From NCBI GenBank assembly GCA_032718475.1, contig JAUCBJ010005741.1, positions 79,671 to 143,670 of the forward strand: 64,000 nucleotides of DNA, written 5' to 3'. Of this stretch, positions 34,097 to 47,610 are shown piece by piece (the stretch's first letter is position 1; every line of letters starts with the position of its first letter). The position numbers and the translations under genes were made by a program. The notes under the pieces were generated by a model that saw only the letters and a program-made list of their open reading frames with translations, was not told the DNA's origin and did no database searches. Origin of the DNA: Nemertoderma westbladi. Its lineage: Eukaryota; Animalia; Xenacoelomorpha.

Positions 34097-34273
34097 TCCC
34101 TCTGTAAAAAGAACAAAGTTGCTTCAGCTTTGCTTGCTTGTCTGTCTAACTAGTTTACCAGAACAGTAATTTGTGCCTGTTGCGTTAAATACTGGTGTAT
34201 CGTATGGTAGATACCGCATTCCGCCGTCTGCACCATACCGAAAATGCATTTAAATACAAGTTAGAACAGCTAG

Positions 34274-37138
34274 CGGCATGTACCGGTGCTGCAAGCAACT
34301 GCTAATGCTACAAAAATTGGGCACCAAGGCCGGCCAAACGTACTGAAACAACGACGTATAATTATGGCACTTATTGTTCTAGTGGCAGTGGCGACGGCAG
34401 CAGGTGTGATCGGGTTGATTCTTTAGCTGGTAAATCAAGCCAATGTGAATGATTTGGGGATATCTACATCAACACCCCCAAATACCACTGGCACCGCTAT
34501 TGGTGATGAGTCTATCACAGACAGTACCACTATACTGAGTTATTCAGCACCAACAGTACCAGTACTGGAGAGGTATCAGCTACCGAGACCGAGAGGACCA
34601 GTACTGGAGAGGTATCAGCTACCGAGACCGAGAGGACCAGTACTAGTGAGGTACCAGCTACCGAGACCGAGAGGACCAGTACTAGTGAGGTATCAGCTAC
34701 CGAGAGGACCAGTACTAGATAGGTACCAGCTACCGAGACAGAGAGGACCAGTACTAGTGAGGTATCAGCTACCGAGACCGAGAGGACCACTACTAGTGAG
34801 GTACCAGCTACCGAGAGGACCAGCACTAGTGAGGTATCAGCTACCGAGAGGACCAGTACTAGTGAGGTACCAACTACCGAGACCGAGAGGACCAGTACTA
34901 GTGAGGTATCAGCTACCGAGACCGAGAGGACCACTACTAGTGAGGTACCAGCTACCGAGAGGACCAGCACTAGTGAGGTATCAGCTACCGAGAGGACCAG
35001 TACTAGTGAGGTACCAACTACCGAGACCGAGAGGACCAGTACTAGTGAGGTATCAGCTACCGAGACCGAGAGGACCACTACTAGTGAGGTATCAGCTACC
35101 GAGAGGACCACTACTAGTGAGGTATCAGCTACCGAGAGGACCAGTACTAGTGAGGTATCAGCTACCGAGACCGAGAGGACCAGTACTAGTGAGGTATCAG
35201 CTACCGAGAGGACCAGTACTAGTGAGGTATCAGCTACCGAGACCGAGAGGACCAGTACTAGTGAGGTATCAGCTACCGAGAGGACCAGTACTAGTGAGGT
35301 ATCAGCTACCGAGACCGAGAGGACCAGTACTAGTGAGGTATCAGCTACCGAGACCGAGAGGAACACTACTAGTGAGGTACCAGCTACCGAGAGGACCAGC
35401 ACTAGTGAGGTATCAGCTACCGAGAGGACCAGTACTAGTGAGGTATCAGCTACCGAGACCGAGAGGACCAGTACTAGTGAGGTATCAGCTACCGAGAGGA
35501 CCAGTACTAGTGAGGTATCAGCTACCGAGAGGACCAGTACTAGTGAGGTACCAGCTACCGAGAGGACCACTACTAGTGAGGTATCAGCTACCGAGAGGAC
35601 CAGTACTAGTGAGGTACCAGCTACCGAGACCGAGAGGACCAGTACTAGTGAGGTATCAGCTACCGAGAGGACCAGTACTAGTGAGGTATCAGCTACCGAG
35701 ACCGAGAGGACCAGTACTAGTGAGGTATCAGCTACCGAGACCGAGAGGAACACTACTAGTGAGGTACCAGCTACCGAGAGGACCAGCACTAGTGAGGTAT
35801 CAGCTACCGAGAGGACCAGTACTAGTGAGGTACCAACTACCGAGACCGAGAGGACCAGTACTAGTGAGGTATCAGCTACCGAGACCGAGAAGACCACTAC
35901 TAGTGAGGTATCAGCTACCGAGAGGACCACTACTAGTGAGGTATCAGCTACCGAGAGGACCAGTACTAGTGAGGTACCAGCTACCGAGAGGACCAGTACT
36001 AGTGAGGTACCAGCTACCGAGAGGACCACTACTAGTGAGGTATCAGCTACCGAGAGGACCACTACTAGTGAGGTATCAGCTACCGAGAGGACCACTACTA
36101 GTGAGGTATCAGCTACCGAGAGGACCAGTACTAGTGAGGTACCAGCTACCGAGAGGACCAGTACTAGTGAGGTACCAACTACCGAGACCGAGATGACCAG
36201 TACTAGTGAGGTACCAGCTACCGAGAGGACCACTACTAGTGAGGTATCAGCTACCGAGAGGACCAGTACTAGTGAGGTACCAGCTACCGAGAGGACCAGT
36301 ACTAGTGAGGTACCAACTACCGAGACCGAGATGACCAGTACTAGTGAGGTATCAGCTACCGAGAGGACCAGTACTAGTGAGGTACCAGCTACCGAGACCG
36401 AGAGGACCAGTACTAGTGAGGTATCAGCTACCGAGACCGAGAGGACCAGTACTAGTGAGGTATCCGCTACCGAGACCGTGAGGTATCAGCCACAACGAGT
36501 ACGGCTTGTACAGCAATGTTAATCTCCAAGGAGGATGTCTTTTATCGGTCGTTTATCGAATGCGATATAAATGAACCAACAACATGTGCACCCTATGATG
36601 TTATAGAACCCTAAGCGATCAGCTGACAGAATCCGAGCAATATACCGTCGATATCGGAAATGATCTCTTTTTTGGAGAAATTAACCTCGAGAAACTGAGA
36701 TGCGATCGTGAATGGATTATAGTTTATAGACGAATCGCCAACACCCGCAGAAACTTTTGGGATAAAGGTAATTATTACTACAATGGATTCGGAGATTCCA
36801 ATAGAAGTTACTTCCTGGGCCTGGGCAATATCTATCCACTGACAGAGAATAGAGATTGTATTATAAAGACCAACTTTGGTATATCGATGGGACTATACAG
36901 AAACTTTACTCTGGGGCGGTTTACAATTGATTATCTTCTATCGATCACAAGTTATAACGAGGAGTCCAATACCGGCGGGGTATCTGATACAGAAAGAGAC
37001 TACGATCTCTCTGTTCGCAACAAGACGCTGAATGAAACGAAAGGATGGTGGAATGGCGACGCACCTCCCCCAAGTGAATGGGAACCGAAAAATGAAACTA
37101 TTGAGATGAAGCTGAAATGCCTGAAAAGGAAAACCTAG
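34274..37138 (+). pseudogene. Nested antisense pseudogene: type II TM anchor, Ser/Thr mucin-like stalk and C-terminal fibrinogen-related domain (FReD)
   Basis: KQRRIIMALIVLVAVATAAGVIGLIL* (TAG 34424-34426); frameshift near 34530 into TSTSEVSATE(TE)R repeats; frameshifts near 36480-36600; then RCDREWIIVYRR, YNGFGDSNRSYFLGLGNIYPLT, YRNFTL, GWW, IEMKL. Confidence 0.75.
34558..36480. repeat. 33/39-bp tandem repeat encoding the mucin-like stalk
   Basis: accagtactagtgaggtatcagctaccgag(accgag)agg; both unit lengths are multiples of 3. Confidence 0.95.
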
Positions 37139-37892
37139 AAAACATTCGATATTAAACTGAAACACATAAAGTAACAAACTGTACAGTAGCAGTAGGTAAC
37201 GTAACTAACATTATAATATTCAACAAAGATTAATAAGAACAATAACAGAACAGAAATAGTTCGACCAACATGTTTTAATAATATCCTCTGTGTTACAATA
37301 AATATATGAACGGCACTGCCGTAGGTCGTGTGACCTCTGTTGGGAAAGCCGGTTCCAGGAACTGAGGTAGGAATCCCATAAAGGATAGATGGAACCTGTA
37401 GACCCAATGGGTAGGCCTAACCCATGGGTTCCTTCCAACACATATACCCAACGGGTAACCCATGGGTTACATCCAACCCATAGACCCAAGGGGTAACCCA
37501 TGGGTTACATCCAACCCGTCACAACTACTACGATCGGCATACTGCATTGCAGCTGCATTATATATATAGTACATATATACTAGAAAGCCAGCAAGCTGGC
37601 TGGAAGGAGCCCGGGGGAAAAATCCTAGCTAATTACAGATAACTATGTCAGTCAGCAGTAAGTAAACTAAAATTGTCTAAACTGCAAGGCATGAGGCTAG
37701 CTGACTTTGTGGCTCGCCCCACATAATAAAAAATGCAACTTAGCTACCACTAACAAAAATATAATATGAAGCAAATAATTTCATTATCAAGCATGTTTAC
37801 AAGATATAAGATACGATTACCGAATATTTATAAAAAATGCCCTTGATGCACAACCAGATAAATAACAACGAATAGAGCCAAATAACATAATT

Positions 37893-38025
37893 TATTACCA
37901 GGTTATTTAGTTATTTTACGAGTTATTTACCCGAGGGACATGTTATAGACCCGAGGCGAAGCCGAGGGTTTATAACTGGCCCGAGGGTAAATAATGAGGA
38001 AAATAACTAAATAACCTGGTAATAA
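37893..38025. mobile_element. Palindromic MITE-like hairpin element
   Basis: Arms ttattaccaggttatttagttatttt / aaaataactaaataacctggtaataa; inner ttatttacc...ttata pairing around central cccgaggcgaagccgaggg. Confidence 0.65.
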
Positions 38026-38536
38026 GTGAGTTATTAACCAATTTTACCAGGTTTCCCACATTTCTAAAAGGGCTTTAGTTTGGGGGCAGAAGTATTAAAA
38101 TGGGGCTTGGATATTTTGGGGGTACAAATATAATATATTTTCAATTTTGTAATTCTTTATGTGTATTATATTTTATTTCAAGACGGTTATTATTCCCTGG
38201 GGAGAAATATCTGAATTGGTGATGAATATCACCGACATTCATGTCCCGCATTTCCTGTCCAGTTCGACAACTAAAGTACATGCATAATAAGCAATAAAGA
38301 GTATTGATAACATAAGTGGTGTACACATCCAATTAGCCCCTTCTCCTTCAAAATTTTAAAATCGTCCACATCTAAGGCCTCACTTGTAGAATCTCATTAT
38401 CAGCTTCATCCATCAGTGTCAACTGATCCCTATCCAATTGAATCTCTAATACATCTAAACATCCCGCCACCATATATCCACCCCCACCCAGTCCATCCCG
38501 CCACCGCCACCATCTTGTCAAGAAAGAATTCGCTTG

Positions 38537-38845
38537 CGGGGCGAGCCACGAAGTGAGCGAAGCCTTAGCATATATATGGGTGTCATTAACGAGTTGCCTG
38601 TCGTCGTCGTCTGTCGTCGTCGTAAATTTTTGATCGCTAATAACTCGGTCATTCCTTGTTTAAATTAAACGAAACTTGGTACGTATATACGTACAGTAGT
38701 CCGGCAAAAGTTTAGAAAGAATCGGAATTTTGTTAGAAAACGAACGAACGTAACGAGGCAAATTACCGACAGACAACTCGTTAATGGGCCCCCTATATGC
38801 TAAGGCTTTGCTCACGTCGTGTTGCGCGAACACCCCACGAACGTT
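38537..38845 (+). mobile_element. Helentron/DINE-1-like (HINE) interspersed repeat, copy 1
   Basis: Subterminal inverted repeat gtgagcgaagccttagc / gctaaggctttgctcac, (gtc)n microsatellite and aacgaaacttgg; second copy at 53955. Confidence 0.6.
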
Positions 38846-41039
38846 TAAGTTCAACTTAGATTATATACTGTAGTATATATATTTTATAGAGTTTAACTAA
38901 GTTAAACTATATCTACGGTAGGCACTAGTGTAGCCTGTGTGACCATATTTGAACTTTAAAAAATACTGTATTTTTTTGTCTTTTGTTATTGTTTTCTAAA
39001 ACATTAGTATAGGCCTATATGTTTTTTATGGTAGCTCTGTAATGTTTTTTTACTAGTGTATGTATTTTTAAATTATTATAAAAAATATGTGATAACATTG
39101 GTATTTCAGGTTTAAACAGTTATTGCTGACCAAAAAATATGACCAAAAATATTAATGATATTTATTGTAATAGGGTTACATTTTTTTATTTTCAAAAAAT
39201 ACTAGCTAGTAATCTACTAGCTACCATTGAAAATATCTGCTAAGGTTCTAGAACATTCACCAATATTAAAAAACACCAAAAAAACAATATTACTTTTTTT
39301 TCAAGATATACTAGCTAGTAAAAAAAACACTAGCTAACATAAAAAATATCGGCACTACTGAACTTAAGGGCCCCAAAATTGACTGGAACCAAACAAATAA
39401 TATTGCAAAGGAGATTCAGGTGATGGTATATTTTTTAGCATCATTTACGTTTTTAAATATTTAACTGCAATTGTAACAATACATATTCTAGAATGTCTAT
39501 TTTACTACAATTAAACTAAACAAATTAGTACCGCTAGTAAGCTTACTGCATGTACTGATCTGACAGTGATACAGAATGGTTACTCAGCAGTTATTATTCC
39601 CCGGGAAAGAATAACTCAGCAATAGAACTCTATGTTAATCTAGTTATTTTTAATAAGTAATAATATCGGAAAAACCCGATTAATTGGTTAATAACAAATT
39701 TAGTTTCCTTCTATAGGTATTACCCCGTCGTCATGCGGAATATCTCTTCCCAGTGAATCCTATGTGAATATGTAATATAGGTATTCCTGCTAAGTTAGGC
39801 AGTAGGCCAGAGCGGGCTCCTTAAATACATGCAACTACTGTATCATAGTGTAGCCTGAACCTGAATAATTATCAGTCAGACAGTCAGTGTTATATATCCT
39901 GAGATTTTTACAGATATTACAGAAAGTATCCCTGAGATTCTTACAGTAAGTATCCCGCAGTCAAGCGGGCTCCTAACTAGTGACGGGCCTAGCGGCCCGA
40001 TAAGAAACCGACTTTTTATTTAAAATAAAAGAGACAATGAGAAATAGTATAGAACTACATAATTATGTAAAATTACAATTATATGTCATACAATAAGACT
40101 AAGAAACCCGATTAATTACTAGTTGCTTAATTCTGGAACAAAATCAACCTGCAAATAGTGAAGACCTTGTTTTGGAATTTTGAAACCATGCTGGTCCGAT
40201 GCGCGACAACGAGTTTGGTTAATAAATTGAAAACTCCATTAATTCATATACACCCAGTAATAAGAAATCCTTAAAAATGTAATTAAATACAAATTATTCT
40301 AGAAAAATTTCCTCAAAAAGTATGAAGTCTTGGCATTGGTGACTTGAAACTAGGCTAGTGAGATTCAGGATATTGCGTTTAATATAAAAATCGAAAACCC
40401 CATCGAATTCCGTAAAGGCGTTGATAAAATATTGCAACTTTTTTGAAATTAGTAAAATTCTAGAACTAAAAAAAATAATTTTTGAACGGCGCTGTTTGGG
40501 GTTTCGAAACATGGATAGGCTGAAAGGGGACATCGAATTAAGTTGAAAACTAAAAACCCCATCGAATTTGGACCAAGCGTTCCGGAGTTATAGCGGATCG
40601 AAAAAATTTACCCCCCCCCCCCCCCCCCTCTGTTGCATCCCTACTATCCACCATGATTATTCGCTCCATGAGACCGCCAGAGCACAAGATTATGCACTGC
40701 CTGGTCCTCAAGGCGAAAACAATGTCCTGCAAAGCGGAAGCGATTCCGTTCAAGTGTCAAGCTAGGGGAGACTAATGTAACACCTTAAATGTTGTATAGA
40801 GTTTGATTGGAGATGTGTTCATTGTACTTGACACAATGAACCCCACAAAACACAATGAATGTATTCTGTCCACTGTCTTATTTTTGTTGTCGTTGTTGTT
40901 AAAAGGGTTTAAACAAAGTGGGGCAGGGTATTCGTATCATCGTATGTAATATAAATTTCATAAATAAGCAAGTTGTAGTTCAGAGGACATTACGAGTCAA
41001 TTTTAAAACAAAATGTTTATCAGTTAGGCAATTATGATC

Positions 41040-42045
41040 AAGGTCAGTAGGCCACCAGAGAAGGCTCAAGGTCAGTAGGCCACCGGAGTAGGCTCAAGGT
41101 CAGTAGGCCACCTGAGTAGGCTCAAGGTCAGTAGGCCACCGGAGTAGGCTCAAGGTCAGTAGGCCACCGGAGTAGGCTCATGGTCAGTAGGCAACCGGAG
41201 TAGGCTCAAGGTCAGTATGCCACCGGAGTAGGATCAAGGTCAGTAGGCCACCGGAGTAGGCTCATGGTCAGTATGCCACCGGAGTAGGCTCAAGGTCAGT
41301 AGGACACCAGAGAAGGCTCATGGTCAGTATGCCACCGGAGTAGGCTCAAGGTCAGTATGCCACCGGAGTAGGCTCAAGGTCAGTAGGCCACCGGAGTAGG
41401 CTCATGGTCAGTAGGCCACCGGAGTAGGCTCATGGTCAGTATGCCACCGGAGTAGGCTCCAGGTCAGTAGGTCACCGGAGTAGGCTCAAGGTCAGTAGGC
41501 CACCAGAGAAGGTTCATGGTCAGTAGGCAACCGGAGTAGGCTCAAGGTCAGTATGCCACCGGAGTAGGCTCATGGTCAGTAGGCACTTGGAGTAGGATCA
41601 AGGTCAGTAGGCCACCAGAGAAGGCTCATGGTCAGTATGCCATCGGAGTAGGCTCAAGGTCAGTCAGTAGGCCACCAGAGAAGGCTCATGGTCAGTAGGC
41701 AACCGGAGTAGGCTCAAGGTCAGTATGCCACCGGAGTAGGCTCAAGGTCAGTAGGCCACCAGAGAAGGCTCATGGTCAGCATGCCACCGGAGTAGGCTCA
41801 AGGTCAGTATGCCACCGGAGTAGGATCAAGGTCAGTAGGCCACCGGAGTTGGCTCATGGTCAGTAGGCCACCAGAGAAGGCTTATGGTCAGCAGGCCACT
41901 GGAGTAGGCTCAAGGTCAGCAGGCCACTGGAGTAGGCTCAAGGTCAGTAGGCCACCGGAGTAGGCTCATGGTCATTATGCCACCGGAGTAGGCTCAAGGT
42001 CAGTAGGCCACTGGAGTAGGCTCAAGGTCAGTATGCCACCGGAGA
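41040..42045. repeat. 28-bp minisatellite (~36 copies) in mask intron 2
   Basis: (aaggtcagtaggccaccggagtaggctc)n. Confidence 0.95.
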
Positions 42046-42805
42046 AGTGATGATGTGGTTGGAGTGGAGTGAATGGATGAATCCCCACATCAGACCAATG
42101 ACTATAAATTTGCCCAGAGAAATAGAACCTTGCGATTGTCAAATAACACAAATATTGTTGTTACGATTTTGACATGTCAATAACTTTGTCGGATTTAAAT
42201 CTGTGGAGTTGAAATTTTGTAGGCATCAATAGGACCAAAAGTGGAAACCTTCTACCATCCCCGAAATTGTATCTGTTTTTTTAAGCTGAATCTTGGCATA
42301 TATGTAGTAAACCGACATATGTACTGTACTAGACCACATGTTGCACTAGATACTACACCACATGTTGCTCTTTGTAATCCTTTTCCCATTTCATTATTTA
42401 AATCTGAAATAAAAATCTTCAGCCATTTCGTATTATTGTTTATAATCCTTTCTTCCTGATTGCTACCTGGGCCAAGCAAGACCTCCGCCTGCCCAGTTAC
42501 CCAGTCTGCCGCTGGGGGAAAAAGAGATTACGGGACATCTGCTTCTACTTTCTTAGAATTTTTTCGAGTTGACATTTAACATAAGTTTATGTCACATGCT
42601 GCGCGAAGGCCCTGCTTCGTGTTTATTACAAACAAGATAAACCCAGCTTTATTAATAAATCTAAACAGATCCAATGCCAAAATGACATCTGAAATGAAAT
42701 AGTCAACAAACATATACCCAAGGGCGACATGGAGGAGAGAGCTATGCTAAATATACCATAAATGGAAAATAAATTTAATCGTAAATTAATATATAACAAA
42801 GTTAC

Positions 42806-44014
42806 CTGTGCCTGGGGGTAATTAAACATCATGTCTCTTTCATTAACAGAACTGATCGGGACTTTATTTCCCGTCCCAGAATCGCTTTCAACCCCGACTG
42901 CGATGTTGGAAGCCAAATTCAACTGACTTAACAGAAATATGGGTTCTTCTTCCTCGGTATCTCCACCCTTTACCGTCCTGGGGGCGGGGGATCGAGGAGG
43001 GGGCGGGACCCCCAACGGAGGGGGCGGGGCAGCCAACGCGAACGGACTGAGAGGGGCATCTGGGGGCGGGGGGGCGTGGTACATGCCGAGCATGGTCTGC
43101 TGCTCTTGGAGAAAGGCCTGCGAGTCGAGGGACACGGGCAGATGGGCTCCGCCCGTCTGGTTGAACTGCTGGGTAACCTGGTTCGCGTAGGAGGCGGCCA
43201 GACTCAGCTGCTGCTGATACGCCGCCACGTAGTTCTGGTGCACGATGTTGGCCATTGTCTCGGGGTCGAGGTTAGCGGCGGGTATCTTTACGGTGACGCT
43301 GGTGCTGGTTATGGTGGCGGTGGTCGCGTTAGCCGGCGGTAGGGGAGGGGGTGGGGGCTGGGCGGCGGTGGGCACAGGTGGCAACGGTACCGCTAGATCC
43401 TTCCCCACCGACTGACAGCATGTGTAGTCCAACAAGGAGCGCGCCACCAGCGTGTGGCCCCCCTTAGCCGCCTCTATGAGGGCGGTAGACCCGTCCTTCA
43501 GTTTGAGTAATGGGTCCGCGCCGTGCCCAATAAGCAGCTGGACTACAGTAACATGACCACCGGCGCAGGCCAACGACAGCACGGCGTGGTCCCCGCTCTG
43601 TGTGCTGCGGTTAACGTCCGCCCCTTTACTAATCAGGTACTGCACGGTGCACAGATGCCCAGCGCGCGCCGCCTTCATCAACGGGGTGCGCCCTCCCTCA
43701 CTTTCGTGCTCTAACTTCGCGCCCGCACTTATCAACGTCTCCGCTACGTCTGTGTGTCCGTTCTCGCACGCAAACGTCAACGCGGTATCGTTGGTTGCTG
43801 TCGTCGCGTCCACATTAGCACCCTGCAGCAGAAGGAAGCGAACCAACTCTACGTGGCCCTGGTGGGAGGCCTCCATTAGCGCCGTGGAGCAGCCCTGCTC
43901 GATGTTGGCCCCCGATGATAGGAGAACGTTGGAAACCTCCAGGAACCCCCCGTAACACGCGAGTGTCAGGGCCGTCTCCTGGGTAACTTCCGTCTGTGCG
44001 TTTACTTTGGCTCC
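42806..44014 (-). CDS. mask: Mask/ANKHD1 coding exon 2 (end of first ankyrin block, Pro/Gln-rich region)
   Basis: ttttcgttgcag|GGA acceptor and CAG|gtaac donor; 1209 nt, phase 0; GAKVNAQTEVTQETALTLAC, LEHESEGGRTPLMKAARAGH. Confidence 0.92.
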
Positions 44015-45311
44015 CTGCAACGAAAACAAACTTAGTTTATTTATTACAACTCACGTGATTTATTACATGAGATTATTAGCCATTAAGATAATTTAGTACA
44101 TAAGGATTAGGAGTATACTTTAATTATATTCGAACACCAAGATGACACACCGCACATGTTCATGTTTGACGCGTAAAATTAATTGGTTCCTATAGAATTA
44201 CCCGTACAAAAGTTGTATTGTTTCCCATACCGTTATGGATTCCAAAACACAACGTTTGTCTTTTAGAAATAACAGCATAGGAAATTGTGTGAATAAAAAT
44301 TTTCTTATCGTGAAAGAGTTACATATTAAGGATGAAAGCCAGGGTTGAGCTAGGCTGCAGCCTTTAAAGCACTATGCCCAAACAGTGCTGCCCCACCCTG
44401 TGCCCCCTAATTGGAAGCCGAGGAATGTCACTATCAATAAACAGTGGGTACTGTGAGTGGTGAGATATTTATCAAAAACCGGTTAATAATTACAAAAAAT
44501 AGAGCTGAAATTTGTAATTAATATGAAAATATAATTACCGGTATTACCTATGTACCGTATATTGTATTAATTTGAAATGTTTAACATAATATTTTTTATG
44601 TTATTATTATTATGTTTACCGGTAATCGAACACTGAACAATAGTTTGGCTCAGGAGTTCATAATATACGATTTTAAAAATCAGTACAGAGTTTAAATGTT
44701 ATGTTAAGTTCCATGTCATCCTTATAGTTGATCCTGGCTCCTGGCATTAATAATTAATATGACCGGAAGTTGTCCAAAAACCAAACTAAATAATGTTGTA
44801 TATATCTACTGGGTACTTATATAAATATTTATTTAAATTATATTTTTTCAATAAATAAATATATATATATTATATATATATACCACTTAGTTACTTAAAA
44901 ATAGCTAATATTTTCAGATTTTAAGGTTTAACGTAACCCTTTTCAAGCATTCTAGAATTTAAATATAGCTCAAGGTGTATTCAAACTTTTTGCACAAATA
45001 TTGGATTTAAATCTTTAAAAATCTACTATCAAAATTTAATTTTATAATTAATTTAATTTTAATAAAAATAATTTATCGAAACCTTTTGTAATAATATATT
45101 CTATATATATTTTGATTATTAAAACATTGTTGTCAATCTCGGTTTTATTAAATTTTTTAACGACTCTTCATACCCCGTTATATTATATATAAAGTATATA
45201 TTTAAGTAAATATATTTATATAAACAATATTTTAGAAAAGGCAACAAAACCTATTAATTCGATGAACTAATAATGTATAAAACCAAATCTCCAATATCGT
45301 CCATATCTTAC

Positions 45312-46640
45312 CTGGGCTAATAACACAGTGACCATATCCTCGTGGCCTTCCCTGGCCGCCTCCATCAGGGGGCTGTAACCTTCATCGTTAACCTCCTCCA
45401 GCAGAGCGCCGTGATTAATTAGCAACAACGCCAACTCAACGTGGCCCCCGCACGCGGCCAGCGTTAAGGGAGACTCGAAACTATCCGCAGGCATGTTCAC
45501 CTCGGCTCCCTTATCCAGGAGGAGTTTGGCCACGTCCACGTGTCCGTCCATGCACGCCTCCATGAGGGCGGTGTGCATCTCGTCAGTCTTGTGCTCGTGG
45601 TCCGCCCCCCTGCCCAATAGGTACTGCACCATCTCGAGATGCCCCTTGTAGCAGGCCAACGTCAGCGCGGACTCCTTGAACTCGCTGCTGTGCGAGTTGA
45701 TCCCGGCGCCGCGGTCCAGCAGTACGCCGGCCACGTCTACGTGTCCGGAACTCGCCGCCTCCATCAGCGGGGTATGGCCGTTCTCGTTCTGATCCTCTAA
45801 CGAGGTGCCTCGATCCAACAGGAGCCCCGCGATCTCGTGGAACCCGTTGGTGGCCGCGTAATGCAACGCCGTGTTCGCCGCTAACGACTGCATCGATACG
45901 TCGGCTTTGTTATCGAGAAGGAGCTGAACGACATCGTTGTTCCCGTTCCCCGAGGCTTCCATCAACGGCGTTAGATCCCCCTTGGAGCCCCGATCGTCCA
46001 CATTGACACCCGCACGCAGTAAATACTTGACGATATCGAGGTAACCTGCGTTCGCAGCTATAGACAGCACGGAATCACCCTCGTCCGTTGTCTCATCGAT
46101 GCTACAACCTTCTTCCAGTAGTTTTTTAACGGTTTTCAAATCTCCCTCCGAAACGGCTTCAGCGAGAGTTATCTTAGCGACGGAACTCTCCGCGTTCTGA
46201 CTCGTCCCGCTGTCGGTACGCATTCGCGTCAACGCAGCGGCCGCCTCGTCCAACGCTGAACTCACGCTACTCGTCAGCTGTTTGAGCACCTCGGGATCGG
46301 CAAGTAATTTGCCGTCGGCCGTGGCCAGCCTCCCTATTCCCGCGGCTTCCAGTAACGCCTCCAGCCGCGCCTGGGACTCGGCGTCTATCGAGGACAACTT
46401 CTCCCCAGCGAGCAGCTTGGAGGCGACCTGCGAGATCGGGGATTTATCCGGGTGGTATTTGATGGAGAAGGGGTCCACTGTAGTGTCGATGGAGAAGTTA
46501 CCCCCGGTTGCTTGGCAACCCGCGCATCCCGGACACACATTCTCTGCGGATTCCGCCCCGGCTGGGGGGCACCGCTCTCCTAGATTATCGGCTGACCCTT
46601 CCTTAGACGCCTTCAACTCACTTTCAGTTTGTTTGGACAT
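45312..46640 (-). CDS. mask: Mask/ANKHD1 coding exon 1 (N-terminus and first ankyrin block)
   Basis: ATG 46640 with upstream in-frame stop; QARLEALLEAAGIG...ADPEVL...SSVSSALDEAAAALTRM is the Mask-family N-terminal signature; donor CAG|gtaag; 1329 nt. Confidence 0.95.
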
Positions 46641-47039
46641 ACTGAATTTTGAAGTAGTAGGCTAGTAATTGCTTAAACAAAAGCATAAAGTTAGAACGAT
46701 AAGATATTAGATACCTTTCCTTTCTTATATGTATTATATACCGGCACAATCAAATATTATTTAATTACTAACGTGAATTACACTTTTCGACAAGAAAAAA
46801 TACGAAAAATAAATAGGCTAATGTAATAAATAATAAGCCTAGGCCTACCACAGTCTGACAGGTTCAGGTGGACACTTTCAGAAGCTCTGCCAAAAATTGT
46901 ACACGTATTTACAGCCAGAAAGTGAATGTGATAGTGCAGCCATTATAATTGTCCTTCACAGCTGCTGCGATTATATTTCCGGACATATTTTGGGTGCAAC
47001 AGCACAGTTTCCAATTCCCATGGTGATATTCAAAGCCGA

Positions 47040-47610
47040 GTATTGCCGGTATGGCACGGCAGACATTTCTACAGACGGTGATGTGGTGATTTTGGGCCAC
47101 TTTGTTCTTTCATTAAGTTTTTGCTTTCCAGTTTTCTGCAAATATGAAAAGCAAAAAGTTTATAATTATTTTTTGCTTTCTCCTTTTCTAAAATATGAAA
47201 AGCAAAAAGTTTATTACCGGTATTAGTTTTTGCTCTCTCCTTTTTAGAAATATGAACAGCAAAAAGTGTATTATTAGTTTTTGCTTTTCCCTTTTCTGAA
47301 ATGTGTAATATTTTAATAGGTTATGTATTGCCGGTATGGCACGGGAGACATTTCTACAGACGGTGGTGTGGTGATTTTGGGCCACTTTGTTCTTTCATTA
47401 AGTTTTTGCTTTCCAGTTTTCTGCAAATATGAAAAGCAAAAAGTTTATAATTATTTTTTGCTTTCTCCTTTTCTAAAATATTAAAAGCAAAAAGTTTATT
47501 ACCGGTATTAGTTTTTGCTCTCTCCTTTTTAGAAATATGAACAGCAAAAAGTTTATTATTAGTTTTTGCTTTTCCCTTTTCTGAAATGTGTAATATTTTA
47601 ATAGGTTATA
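47040..47610. repeat. Tandem duplication of ~286 bp
   Basis: gtattgccggtatggcacgg...taataggtta repeated at 47040 and ~47325. Confidence 0.9.

Noticed and set aside
34445-36233. 583-aa (RYQLPRGP) and 567-aa (VLVLSV) ORFs as proteins
   Set aside because: These are alternative frames of the repeat; the Ser/Thr frame fits the flanking TM and FReD segments.
46672-46714. 43-nt mini-intron in the mask 5' UTR (aag|gtatct...ttttgtttaag)
   Set aside because: Plausible GT-AG but unsupported without transcripts; the acceptor could pair with a distant upstream exon.
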